64,000 nt of DNA, taken from positions 36,202 through 100,201 of the forward strand of contig CAZLLR010000001.1 in the NCBI GenBank assembly GCA_964560655.1, read 5' to 3'. Origin of the DNA: an uncultured Candidatus Saccharibacteria bacterium (GTDB lineage Bacteria; Patescibacteriota; Minisyncoccia; GCA-002772825). This document shows, one piece after another, positions 34,511-44,318 of the stretch (positions within the stretch are counted from its first letter, which is position 1; each line of letters begins with the position of its first letter). Below the pieces are notes generated by a model. The model saw nothing but the letters and a program-made list of their open reading frames with translations. It was not told the DNA's origin and did not search any database. The position numbers and the translations under genes are program-made.

Positions 34511-34966
34511 ATGAGTGCATTACTGAAGCGACTTTTACGGAGAAAGAAGCATGGAGACACTACCTATACGGCAAAATGTGGACACAATACGCATTTAATA
34601 GCCAAAGTGACGGCATTTGGTGAAACAGTAGAGATGACATTAGAGCCGAACGAAGACGGCTCACTTAACTACTGTATTAAGTGCCTTGAGAAGATGACCC
34701 TTCAGTGCCCTTTATGTGAGGGGCCAATATTTATTGATACTCCAATTGTCTTTTACCCTAAAAAAGAAGGAATCGCTCCGTTTATTGGGTGTGCTACATT
34801 TTATTGCACTACCAAAAACCCAAGTAAAGATGCAGATCGAAGATTCCGATGGATACCTGGCAAAAAAGGGAAAGGTAAGGCTTCAATCGATGTCAATATA
34901 GAAATGATAGAAAGAAAAAAACGATGTGTAGCAATGTGCACATCAACAAGATGTACGCCCTTATAA
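34511..34966 (+). CDS. Cys-rich hypothetical protein (multiple CxxC pairs)
   Basis: SD AAAGGGGGG 6 nt before the ATG at 34511. Terminator downstream. Confidence 0.5.
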   Translation: MSALLKRLLRRKKHGDTTYTAKCGHNTHLIAKVTAFGETVEMTLEPNEDGSLNYCIKCLEKMTLQCPLCEGPIFIDTPIVFYPKKEGIAPFIGCATFYCTTKNPSKDADRRFRWIPGKKGKGKASIDVNIEMIERKKRCVAMCTSTRCTPL

Positions 34967-34982
34967 TCTTTATCCGTAGACC

Positions 34983-35014
34983 ACCCGAGACAGCAATGTC
35001 TCGGGTCTTTTTAT
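34983..35014 (+). terminator. rho-independent terminator ACCCGAGACA...TGTCTCGGGT + TTTTT
   Basis: 10-bp stem plus T-run. Confidence 0.65.
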
Positions 35015-35376
35015 TACTTTAATATGTAATTAATAAATGATATAATGTATAAAGCTTAAAGTAATGAAGTGTTAGTCTAGCTTCATATATTTATTAATTA
35101 ATTTTAATATATTTTTATGCGAACATTTAAGACATGGGCGTTTAAGTGGTGGGAAGTTTCTTTTCTAAAGATCTGTCTTCTCTCGCTTGGTATCATTATG
35201 GCTCTGTATTTCTATGACTATCTTATGGGTCTCTTATAGCTATAGTGGGCACTCTTTATAGTGATAGCCACCTACCTCATCGTAAAGATTATTAAAGAAA
35301 ATTAAGATCAAGAGCGTCTTAAAATATAAATGAAAAATAATAATATCAAACAAGAAAAAAACTAAGTTACACTTGT

Positions 35377-35979
35377 ATGCATGAGATATTACTGCTAATT
35401 ACACAATACAGATATATAATACTTTTTCCTTTGGCTGCAGTGGAAGGGCCTATAGTAGCCTTATTGGCGGGTTTTTTGGTGTCTACTCATTATCTTAGCT
35501 TTTTCCCAGCCTATGTTATTATGCTACTAGGCGATCTTATACCAGATACAGGTTACTATTATATAGGCAGGTTTGGAAACAAGAAAAAAATAATGGAAAA
35601 GTACGGGCATAAATCAAAGATTCTTTCTTTCAATTATACTTTATTAGAAAGACTTTGGTATAATCACGGAAAGAAGACTATGTTTTTCAGTAAGCTGGCT
35701 TATGGACTAAGTACACCCTTCTTAATAAGCGCCGGACTGGCAAACATAACATTCAAAAAATTCATATCCTACGCCATACCCACAACACTTTTCCAATATA
35801 CTGTTATAATGCTTGCAGGATATTTACTCGGGCATTCTTATTTATTGGTAGAAGCATATATAAAAAATGCCGAATTAGTTGTTGCAGCTTTCTTTATATT
35901 ATTTTTAGTAGGATACGCCATATTCTTTAAATACGCCAAACAACAAATTATAAACATGGAAAAAAAGTGTAAAAAATGA
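35377..35979 (+). CDS. DedA/VTT-family membrane protein
   Basis: PLAAVEGPIVALLAGFL DedA signature. Multi-TM. Confidence 0.7.
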   Translation: MHEILLLITQYRYIILFPLAAVEGPIVALLAGFLVSTHYLSFFPAYVIMLLGDLIPDTGYYYIGRFGNKKKIMEKYGHKSKILSFNYTLLERLWYNHGKKTMFFSKLAYGLSTPFLISAGLANITFKKFISYAIPTTLFQYTVIMLAGYLLGHSYLLVEAYIKNAELVVAAFFILFLVGYAIFFKYAKQQIINMEKKCKK

Positions 35980-37163
35980 AAATTGCTATCTTTTCTGACA
36001 ACTTTTATCCTGAAATAAGCGGGATAGCAGACTCTATCATCTCTTTAGCCAAAGAGCTAGACAAACGCGGATATAAAATAGATTTTTATGTTCCTTGGTA
36101 TTCTTTAAAAAATTATAAAAAAATAAACGCCATAAAAAAAGAAGTTAACACGAGTGAAAATATAAATGTCATCAGGTTTCTATCTTTGCCATTTCCGGCA
36201 GGGACACAACAAGCTCGCTTAGTAATTCCTTCTTTTTGGCGTTGGCTCTACATATGGAAGAATAGGCCTGATATTATCTTCAGTCAGTTAGTATTTGGAG
36301 TGGGACTCGAAGGATTAATCTCTTCAAAGATATTAAATATTCCTATGGTAGGCACCAATCACACAGCTATAACAGAATTTGTAAAATATAGCCCCCTTAA
36401 GGCAAGGTGGTTTAGCAATTTTATGCTTCGATATATATCTTGGTATTATAATCACTGCAGATTCGTAACGGGGCCGTCTCAATCAATCCTTACAGAGATG
36501 GAGGAAAACGGCCTCAAATCTCCCCACAAGGTTGTATCCAACCCTATAGATACAGAAGATTTTTCTCCGATCAATGAAGACTCTGCCCAAAAATTAAAAA
36601 AAAGGTTTAATTTCTCTGATAATACTCTTATCTTTGCTGGAAGATTAGCAATAGAGAAGGATATCGATGTCCTTATCCGCGCAATAATATTAGTGAAAAA
36701 GGAGATTCCCGAAATTAGTCTAGCTTTAGCCGGGCATGGACAAGACGAGATGCGATTGAAAAAATTAGCCAAAGATCTTGATGTAGAAGACAATGTCAAC
36801 TTCTTAGGCACACTTAATAAACCAACGCTTGCAAAAGCCTTCCAAGCCTCAGAAATATTCGTCACTGCTAGTACATCTGAAACACAAGGGATGACCATTC
36901 TCCAAGCGATGGCCTGCGGTAAACCCGTTATAGGTGTTAGGGCAAGGGCACTGCCGGAATATATTAACTGCGACAATAATGGGATATTAGTTAACCCTGG
37001 AGAACATCAAGCATTAGCGAAAAATATAATAATACTATTGAATAATAAAGAAAAGAGAGTAAAATTAGGAAAAGAGGGCAGAAAAACTGCTGAGAATTTT
37101 TCAGCAAGCAATATAGCCTCAGTATGGGAGAATATATTTAAACAACAACTAAAAAAATCATGA
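35976..37163 (+). CDS. glycosyltransferase family 4 (GT-B)
   Basis: C-terminal E-x7-E-like motif ETQGMTILQAMACGKPVIG. Overlaps neighbouring genes by 4 nt, so probably an operon. Confidence 0.8.
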   Translation: MKIAIFSDNFYPEISGIADSIISLAKELDKRGYKIDFYVPWYSLKNYKKINAIKKEVNTSENINVIRFLSLPFPAGTQQARLVIPSFWRWLYIWKNRPDIIFSQLVFGVGLEGLISSKILNIPMVGTNHTAITEFVKYSPLKARWFSNFMLRYISWYYNHCRFVTGPSQSILTEMEENGLKSPHKVVSNPIDTEDFSPINEDSAQKLKKRFNFSDNTLIFAGRLAIEKDIDVLIRAIILVKKEIPEISLALAGHGQDEMRLKKLAKDLDVEDNVNFLGTLNKPTLAKAFQASEIFVTASTSETQGMTILQAMACGKPVIGVRARALPEYINCDNNGILVNPGEHQALAKNIIILLNNKEKRVKLGKEGRKTAENFSASNIASVWENIFKQQLKKS

Positions 37164-37909
37164 AATTAAGCATCGTAATACCCGCATATAATGAAGAAAA
37201 AAGTCTCGGCAAATGCCTTGATTCTGTTTTTAAGGACCTTAAAAATGTGAAAAGTGACGTCGATGTTGAAGTAATTGTAGTAAACAATAATAGCATGGAC
37301 AAGACGAGAGACGTGGCTTTATTATACCCTAGTGTTATTATAGTTGACGAACCCAAAAAAGGCCTTTCTCAAGCTCGACATTCTGGTTTTATGGCGAGCA
37401 AAGGGGAACTCATAGCCAATATTGATGCCGATACAATACTAACAGAGAACTGGATAAATAAAGTTATAGAGCAGTTTTCTAAAAACGAAAATCTTGTCGC
37501 ATTAAGTGGACCTTTTATATATTATGATTTATCTTGTTATCATAGAGTTGCAGTCCGTCTTTTTTATTACGTCGGATTTATGATACATATCATAAATCAT
37601 TATTTACTTAGAGTCGGCTCAATACTTCAGGGGGGTAATTTTATATTAAAGCGTTCCGCTCTTGAAGAAATAAATGGTTATAATACTGAATTTGAATTCT
37701 ATGGAGAAGATACAGACATTGCCCGACGGATTCAAAAACTAGGTGAAGTAAAATTCACTTTCAAATTGCCTATCTTAACATCAGGACGACGATTAAAGGC
37801 CGAGGGGATGCTGAAAATAGGAATAAGATATACTATAAATTATTTTTGGACGACTTTTTTGAATAAACCGTTTACCAAAAAATACTTAGATATTAGGATT
37901 GATAATTAA
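37160..37909 (+). CDS. glycosyltransferase family 2 (GT-A)
   Basis: LSIVIPAYNEE N-terminus and a DxD-type motif (IDADT). Confidence 0.8.
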   Translation: MKLSIVIPAYNEEKSLGKCLDSVFKDLKNVKSDVDVEVIVVNNNSMDKTRDVALLYPSVIIVDEPKKGLSQARHSGFMASKGELIANIDADTILTENWINKVIEQFSKNENLVALSGPFIYYDLSCYHRVAVRLFYYVGFMIHIINHYLLRVGSILQGGNFILKRSALEEINGYNTEFEFYGEDTDIARRIQKLGEVKFTFKLPILTSGRRLKAEGMLKIGIRYTINYFWTTFLNKPFTKKYLDIRIDN

Positions 37910-37914
37910 CTATT

Positions 37915-38592
37915 ATGAAAGGGATTCTCAACAAATATAAATTGCGATGGGTTGATAAAACTTTTTTAATCTCCGTAATTCAAGGTGTTATATTTTTAAT
38001 TTTCAGTTTTGCTATTAATTATAAAGCTAGTGTATATGCTGTTGAAAAACAGAGTAATTTCGTAACTGACATTGTATTAAGCAATATACCTGTTGTCAAT
38101 GTAGATATATTTGTTGTAGAAGGAGCATTATTACTGGTCTGTTTTGTAATCTTATTACTCGCCTATGAACCAAAGACAATCCCTTTTGTACTAAAAAGTA
38201 TCGCCTTATTTATATTAATTAGGGCTTTTTCCATTATACTAACTCATGTTGGCTCTTTTCCTCAACAGGTTATTATTGACAATAATTGGCTTTTAAGGAG
38301 TGTAGGTATAACACAAAAAGCCGACTTCTTCTTCTCTGGACATACGGGTATGCCATTTCTATTAGCTCTTATCTTTTGGGAAAGTAAGAAATTGCGTATA
38401 TTTTTTCTATCAGCATCAATTTTCTTAGGTATATCTGTATTACTTGGGCATCTGCATTATTCCATAGATGTTTTTGCCGCTTTCTTTATTACCTATACTA
38501 TTTTCCATATATCACGACGATTATTTAAAAAAGATTATGAGGTTCTTCATAATAAGACAAAAAATCTTGACTCTAAGATTAGAATAATCTAA
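37915..38592 (+). CDS. PAP2-superfamily-like membrane protein
   Basis: SGHTG and HLHYSIDV motifs resemble PAP2 motifs 2 and 3. Multi-TM. Confidence 0.45.
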   Translation: MKGILNKYKLRWVDKTFLISVIQGVIFLIFSFAINYKASVYAVEKQSNFVTDIVLSNIPVVNVDIFVVEGALLLVCFVILLLAYEPKTIPFVLKSIALFILIRAFSIILTHVGSFPQQVIIDNNWLLRSVGITQKADFFFSGHTGMPFLLALIFWESKKLRIFFLSASIFLGISVLLGHLHYSIDVFAAFFITYTIFHISRRLFKKDYEVLHNKTKNLDSKIRII

Positions 38593-38800
38593 AAAATAAA
38601 AACTCATTCAAAAACGGCAAATCATCTATTAGTGCCATATATTCTTTGAGTAAGCTTCTCAATGTATCTAGATTATTCTATCTGGTTGCTATAAAAAACG
38701 CGAATAAGATTATTTTTACTATAGATAGAGGAGTGACTTAAGGTTAATTATATCTAAGTAGTTTTTTTGTGCTTAAATTTAAGTATGTTATAATTATATA

Positions 38801-39880
38801 ATGTTTTATCTAATCAAAAAAATATTTAAATATTTACTAATTTTTTTAGGTGTTATTATCATCCTTATTTTTATAAGGAGATTAAATGGCGATTCTCAAT
38901 TTACAGACAATATATTACCGGAAAATAAACAAATCTCTATAGACTCAGGAGATTACTCCTTTGTTATAATGCACCAAGGAATTGAAAGAAAATATCTCGT
39001 CCATGTTCCCTTAAACTACAATGAGACAAACTCTATTCCTGCAATTATCATCTTACATGGAGGAGGAGGAAATATGGAAGAATCTATAAAATATTTTAAT
39101 CTTAATCCAAAGGCTGATAAAGAAGGATTCTTAGCTATATATCCTGAAGGATATGGTAAAGATTTAGATGGTAAGCACCTAGGGACGTGGAATGCAGGAA
39201 AATGTTGTGCTCCTGCAACAGATAAAAATATTGATGATGTAGGTTTTATAGATAAAGTAATAGAAAAAGTAAAAAAAGACTTTCATATCGATGGAAATAG
39301 GATCTACTCTGTTGGTTTTTCTAATGGAGCTCAAATGTCATACAGGCTAGGATGTGAACTATCTAATAAGATAGCAGCTGTAGTCCTAGGTGGATCGGTA
39401 GGAACATTTGAGGGGTGTTCACCCTCAAGGCCTATTCCTACATATATGTTTAGTGGCACAGAAGATGGATGCACCCCGTATGAAGGTGGGGAAGCATGTG
39501 GTGGTTGCGTAGGAAGATTTTTTAATTCTATCGGAATATCTATAGATGAAAATATTTATCAATGTAGTTCAGTAGATGCTTTTACTACCAAAATAGCAAC
39601 AAAAAATAATTGTTTAAAAGAACCTTCTATTACATACGACAAAGATAGTACAACTTGCGTCACATATAGTTCTTGCACAAATAATGCTGAAGTAACTTCT
39701 TGTAAAATTTCAGGTGGTGGACATGTATGGCCAGGTAAAGATCAATACAGTTTAGATATTTGCAGCAAAAGACCTAATGGGTATGTCTGCAATCAGTGGA
39801 AAAAAGCACTGGGCCCATTAATCACAGATTTCAATGTTAATGATCAAATCTGGAAATTCCTCAAAAAATATAAATTATAA
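38801..39880 (+). CDS. secreted alpha/beta-hydrolase esterase (PHB-depolymerase/LpqC-like), Cys-rich C-terminus
   Basis: Signal/TM anchor, IILHGGGG oxyanion region, GFSNGA nucleophile elbow. Confidence 0.6.
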   Translation: MFYLIKKIFKYLLIFLGVIIILIFIRRLNGDSQFTDNILPENKQISIDSGDYSFVIMHQGIERKYLVHVPLNYNETNSIPAIIILHGGGGNMEESIKYFNLNPKADKEGFLAIYPEGYGKDLDGKHLGTWNAGKCCAPATDKNIDDVGFIDKVIEKVKKDFHIDGNRIYSVGFSNGAQMSYRLGCELSNKIAAVVLGGSVGTFEGCSPSRPIPTYMFSGTEDGCTPYEGGEACGGCVGRFFNSIGISIDENIYQCSSVDAFTTKIATKNNCLKEPSITYDKDSTTCVTYSSCTNNAEVTSCKISGGGHVWPGKDQYSLDICSKRPNGYVCNQWKKALGPLITDFNVNDQIWKFLKKYKL

Positions 39881-40123
39881 TAAATCTTAATTTTTCTTAT
39901 ATTTACTATTGTTAATGTTTTAGGTACGCACTTATATCACTTTTAATCCTGATATTTCGTTCGGAGTTTTTTCATCTAAGCCATTTAGGCTAACCTCTTA
40001 AATGGCTTTTTATTTGATTCAATAAATATCAGTAACATTATTTATTATCACTCGTCTTTTTATATAGAAAGGTATATTAATAAGCCTTTTTACTATATAT
40101 TTTAATAAATTTGGATAAATACA

Positions 40124-41389
40124 ATGAAGAATGAAGAATATACAATAAAAAATATATCGTTTGAAACTCCAAGGGTTATAGACTTAGAGCTAGTTAAAAA
40201 TAATTTAAGTCCTGTATTTAACTATCAGCCAGGTCAATACGCTATGATAGCTTATAGGAAAAATGGTGTTAGGACGTCTTGGCATCCTTTTACCATAGCA
40301 AGCTCTCCTTCAGAAAGGGGCTCATTAAAGTTTGGAATTAAAACTTTTGGTAAATTCACACAAAGACTCTCTCAACTCTCAGCTGGAGATACAATTTATA
40401 TAAAAGGACCTTATGGGAATTTCACCTTTGACGAAAACGCTTATGAGAAGCGTGTATTCATAGCAGGTGGTATAGGTATCACCCCCTTCTTAAGCGCTCT
40501 TAAATATGCAAACGACAACGATTTTAAAAGTAAGATGACCCTAATATACACAACCCAATCACTTACTGACCTAGCCTTCGTGGAGGATATAAAAAAACTT
40601 GAAAAAGAAAATGATAATTTTACAGCTCATTTTGTAATAAAAAATGTAGATAACAAAGAAAAGTTACAGCCAAACATGCAATGCGGAAGGGTAGATATAG
40701 GAATGCTTCATTCTATCCTTGGTCCAGATGTTAAAGATAGCCTTTTCTTGCTTTGTGGGCCAACTCCTTTTATGAAAGCAATGCAAGGTAACTTAAAAGT
40801 CCTCGGTGCTCCAAGCAGAAAGATAAAATTTGAATCATTTGCCACAAATTCAATCTCTATAAAGGCAAATTATAAGATTTTCATACCTGCACTTGGCGTA
40901 TCAGCACTACTCTTATTTTTCGCCTTAAACTCTATCTCCTTAGCCGCAGAAAAGAAATTTATAGCCAAAAAAGTGCAAGAATCTCCATCTCTGTTAGTAG
41001 AAAATCAAAACACGGCAAATACAATAAACTCAGATCTTCAAAGCAGAGAGAAAATATTTATAATAAATGACAAAATCATCTCAAGGATGACAAGACTTCT
41101 AAATGAAAAAGAAGCGAAAATAATCGAGCTAAACAAAAAAAGATTAGCTCTACTAGAAGAAAGGACTACTATAAATGCCCTAAATCTACCCGTTGCGACA
41201 AAAAATCCGACGACACCTCCTGTCTCAAGCCCAACTCCTAAGCCAGCGCCCACCATAATAAGAAGAGTCGTTACTAAGTCCGTTCAAGCTACACCGCCAC
41301 TCATTGTAAAAACTCCACCACCAGTAGTGCCTATCATAAAAATTCCACCACCAGCTCCTACACCAACTCCAAGAACAACCGTATCATAA
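40124..41389 (+). CDS. FNR-like FAD/NAD(P)H oxidoreductase domain with C-terminal TM helix and coiled-coil / Pro-Thr-rich tail
   Basis: RxxS FAD motif (HPFTIASSP), GGIGITP NAD(P)-binding, CGPxxF C-terminal motif. Then a TM segment, a coiled coil, and a PTPKPAP...PPPAPTPTP tail. Confidence 0.7.
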   Translation: MKNEEYTIKNISFETPRVIDLELVKNNLSPVFNYQPGQYAMIAYRKNGVRTSWHPFTIASSPSERGSLKFGIKTFGKFTQRLSQLSAGDTIYIKGPYGNFTFDENAYEKRVFIAGGIGITPFLSALKYANDNDFKSKMTLIYTTQSLTDLAFVEDIKKLEKENDNFTAHFVIKNVDNKEKLQPNMQCGRVDIGMLHSILGPDVKDSLFLLCGPTPFMKAMQGNLKVLGAPSRKIKFESFATNSISIKANYKIFIPALGVSALLLFFALNSISLAAEKKFIAKKVQESPSLLVENQNTANTINSDLQSREKIFIINDKIISRMTRLLNEKEAKIIELNKKRLALLEERTTINALNLPVATKNPTTPPVSSPTPKPAPTIIRRVVTKSVQATPPLIVKTPPPVVPIIKIPPPAPTPTPRTTVS

Positions 41390-41417
41390 GATTATTATTA
41401 ACTTTATAAAAAATAAA

Positions 41418-41942
41418 ATGAAAAATAAATTTAAAAAATCAACTAAAGTGTTATTATTATCTCTAATAGTGATTATAGGACTATTCTCTATAGGGTCTAT
41501 AGTAGTAAGAGCAGATGACCATGAAGATGATGGGTATGAATACTCAAAAGAATATAAAGATGGTAAACGTGAAGAAGAAAAAGAGAATAAGGTTCACTAC
41601 AAAGAGGAGGCTGCACCAGAATATTTAGAGACAGTATCTGCTGAACAAATGCAATTTCCTGTTGCACCTCCAGAACCAAAAGAAATCATAACCTATGAAG
41701 AAATAGTTGGGGAAATAATAGAAGAACCGCAACTAATCGAAGAAGAAAAGCCTATTGTAAAAACAAAAGTACAAGATATTCCTGATCAGCTCCTAGACTC
41801 AGACAATGACGGCGTGCCTGATTCTTTAGACCAACACCCTGGTGAAGATGATCTAATCTATGCAGTAAAAGATGTAAACGAAGATGGTATAACCGATGAT
41901 TTCGCATATTTGGCAAATAGCATATATGGAAATATTCGATAG
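41418..41942 (+). CDS. secreted acidic protein with TSP3-like Ca2+-binding repeat (DSDNDGVPDSLD)
   Basis: Signal peptide/TM anchor and an extremely acidic composition. Confidence 0.5.
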   Translation: MKNKFKKSTKVLLLSLIVIIGLFSIGSIVVRADDHEDDGYEYSKEYKDGKREEEKENKVHYKEEAAPEYLETVSAEQMQFPVAPPEPKEIITYEEIVGEIIEEPQLIEEEKPIVKTKVQDIPDQLLDSDNDGVPDSLDQHPGEDDLIYAVKDVNEDGITDDFAYLANSIYGNIR

Positions 41943-42879
41943 TATAAAGACGTTAGGAACAGATTTCACCGTTCTTATCGTCTCAGAAGACAAAGTGGAA
42001 ACAAAAAAGGATATCCAAGAAATTTGTAATCTTGCAATTTTATTTGATGAACATTTTAGTCGTTTTCGAAGCGACAGCGAGCTGACTAAACTAAATGATT
42101 CAGCAGGAGGTAATTTTATAGCAAGCGATGAGCTGATTGATATACTTAATAAAGCTCAAAGATTTCACAAGCTCACTGGTGGAATCTTTGACCCAACTAT
42201 ATTAGAAGCGCTTGAACAAATTGGGTATAAAGAGAGTTTTAATATATTGAGTAATAATAATGACCCTGATACACAATTAGATACGGATGAGATGATAAAT
42301 ACTTTCTTTGATAGGCCACCTTTCTCAATATCCATTATAGATAAAAACACAAACTTAATATCTACACCTAAGAGACTTAAGATCGATCTTGGTGGATTAG
42401 GAAAAGGATATCTACTAGATTTACTGGCAAAAAAACTTAAAGAAAAATATAATAATTTCTGGATATCTGCCGGTGGTGATATGATCTTACATGGGAAAGA
42501 TAATCTATCAGGTATTTGGCATGTAGGAGTGCAAAATCCGATAAAGCATAGAGAGGATTTATTAAAGATACGTGTCCTTGGAGATAGCTTATCGATAGCC
42601 ACTTCTGGAACAACCAAAAGAAGGGGAATTAAAAATGGATTCTCTTGGCATCATATAATAGACCCTAGGACAGGCCTACCAGTAAATAATGACGTACTAG
42701 CCGTCACGGTTATAGCTAAAAATGCGCTTGAGGCTGATATCTTAGCAAAGACAATCTTAATAATGGGAAAAGAAGAAGGGATTAACTTTATAAATAAGTT
42801 GCCTGAAGTTGAATGCCTGATGATAGACAAACAAATGCACTTCACTTTTTCCAAGCAGATGAAAAATTATATAATTTGA
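41926..42879 (+). CDS. apbE: FAD:protein FMN transferase ApbE
   Basis: ApbE-family blocks (GGIFDPTILEA, IDLGGLGKGYLLD, SAGGDMILHG). Start preferred at the ATG at 41926 (MEIFDS); overlaps the previous gene by 17 nt. Confidence 0.75.
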   Translation: MEIFDSIKTLGTDFTVLIVSEDKVETKKDIQEICNLAILFDEHFSRFRSDSELTKLNDSAGGNFIASDELIDILNKAQRFHKLTGGIFDPTILEALEQIGYKESFNILSNNNDPDTQLDTDEMINTFFDRPPFSISIIDKNTNLISTPKRLKIDLGGLGKGYLLDLLAKKLKEKYNNFWISAGGDMILHGKDNLSGIWHVGVQNPIKHREDLLKIRVLGDSLSIATSGTTKRRGIKNGFSWHHIIDPRTGLPVNNDVLAVTVIAKNALEADILAKTILIMGKEEGINFINKLPEVECLMIDKQMHFTFSKQMKNYII

Positions 42880-42914
42880 TTAATATAAATAAAAAAAGAT
42901 TAATTCTAATATTT

Positions 42915-43757
42915 ATGGCAATATTATTTGCTATATTTTTGATACCATCTTTTTCTGTAAATGCCTTTGAGTCACTTTATAAGTTCTCTCCTCCAAAAGA
43001 TAGCGACTTTGATGGGTTGACTGACCAAGCTGAAATACAAAAATTTCATACAAACCCCCTTGAAGCAGACACTGATAAAGATGGCTTTATAGATGGAGCT
43101 GAAGTGCTCTCAAATACAGACCCTAACAACGCTAGTGACCCTAAAGACACTTTCTCTCTGGTAGATTATGAAGAGTACACACAAAATTACCAAAAAGTCG
43201 TTAGCCTAACTCAATCAAAGTTTTCTGCTTCGTGGCCATGGTATATATCAAGGTCATCTGGGATCATCGCCTACATATTACTTTTTCTCATCATCGTATC
43301 TGGCATAGGGATAAAAACAGGCTTCATTTACAAAATCACAAACCCAGACTTGTCATGGGTTATACATAGGAATATAGGTATTATTATGTCTATATCCATA
43401 ATAATTCATTTTGTCTCTCTTATGTTTGATGAGTACATTAAATTCACTGTGTTAAATGTTTTATCTCCTTTTGCTCCAAAAGTAGGTGGGATCTATCTTA
43501 GTATTGGAATTATCAGCTTCTATATAATTATAGCGGCTATTGTCACATCATTTTTTTACCAACAAAAATACCCTAGGTTATGGCAAGTTGTGCATTACCT
43601 GCCATATCCAACTTTCATATTAATATTTCTTCACGGCATAATGATGGGAAGTGATTCAAACACTCTTATAATGCAAACTGTATATTGGTCTACAGGGATA
43701 AGTTTTGTGTTACTACTCGTTTATAGGATCTCTTATATCTTCAAACCAGCAAAATAA
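42915..43757 (+). CDS. ferric-reductase-domain (MsrQ/NOX-type) bis-heme membrane protein with extracellular TSP3-like Ca2+-binding N-terminal region
   Basis: Signal peptide. DSDFDGLTD and DTDKDGFIDGAE repeats. His pairs spaced 13 and 12 apart in two TM helices (HRNIGIIMSISIIIH, HYLPYPTFILIFLH). ORF-track start 42813 overlaps apbE, so the ATG at 42915 is preferred. Confidence 0.6.
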   Translation: MAILFAIFLIPSFSVNAFESLYKFSPPKDSDFDGLTDQAEIQKFHTNPLEADTDKDGFIDGAEVLSNTDPNNASDPKDTFSLVDYEEYTQNYQKVVSLTQSKFSASWPWYISRSSGIIAYILLFLIIVSGIGIKTGFIYKITNPDLSWVIHRNIGIIMSISIIIHFVSLMFDEYIKFTVLNVLSPFAPKVGGIYLSIGIISFYIIIAAIVTSFFYQQKYPRLWQVVHYLPYPTFILIFLHGIMMGSDSNTLIMQTVYWSTGISFVLLLVYRISYIFKPAK

Positions 43758-43800
43758 TTCTCTTATTCCTTATATAGGAATTACTCACAAATTTACTTAA

Positions 43801-43840
43801 ACGAACGACTCATCCTCTAATTAGAGGATGAGTCGTTCGT
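43801..43840. repeat. 40-nt perfect palindrome ACGAACGACTCATCCTCTAA|TTAGAGGATGAGTCGTTCGT
   Basis: Exact inverted repeat between the 42915 gene and the cspA promoter region. No T-run on either side. Confidence 0.55.
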
Positions 43841-43969
43841 CTTGCTTGACTTTTTAATTGTATTATGCTTCAATAGACATATCAAATCGAGTCTGTAAGA
43901 GGAACGAAGTCGGGTTTTTATCGTACAGTATTTTAGGTTTGAACTTTATTCGCACTAGTTTTTCTTACA

Positions 43970-44170
43970 ATGAATCAAGGAACTATAGCTCGTCTCACAG
44001 ATCGTGGATTTGGCTTCATAGCTCAAGAGGGAGAGGAAAAAGATGTTTTCTTTCACGCAAATGAGTTAAAGAATGCCAGCTTCGACGAACTTCGTGAAGG
44101 CGACAAAGTAACATTTGACACAGCAGAGGGTCCTAAGGGAGTCAATGCTGTTAATGTAAACAAGGCGTAA
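43970..44170 (+). CDS. cspA: cold-shock protein (CspA family)
   Basis: RNP1/RNP2 motifs (GFGFI, VFFHA). 66 aa. Confidence 0.9.
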   Translation: MNQGTIARLTDRGFGFIAQEGEEKDVFFHANELKNASFDELREGDKVTFDTAEGPKGVNAVNVNKA

Positions 44171-44177
44171 TTACGCT

Positions 44178-44215
44178 TTAACAAAAACATCCCGCCCTGC
44201 GGGGTGTTTTTGTTA
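44178..44215 (+). terminator. rho-independent terminator (AACAAAAACATCCCGC-CCT-GCGGGGTGTTTTTGTT)
   Basis: Long imperfect hairpin with T-run after csp. Confidence 0.65.
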
Positions 44216-44318
44216 AGATAGTATACTTTCTACACGATTGATGTTAACATATTCTTTCAACTGGAATTTAAATATGAAGAAAAATCATCCGACTTTATCT
44301 TAAATAATAATTTTAAAA

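Noticed and set aside
33958-43817. Shared 11-mer ACGACTCATCC at 33958 and inside the 43801 palindrome
   Set aside because: An 11-mer match is expected many times by chance in 64 kb on two strands.
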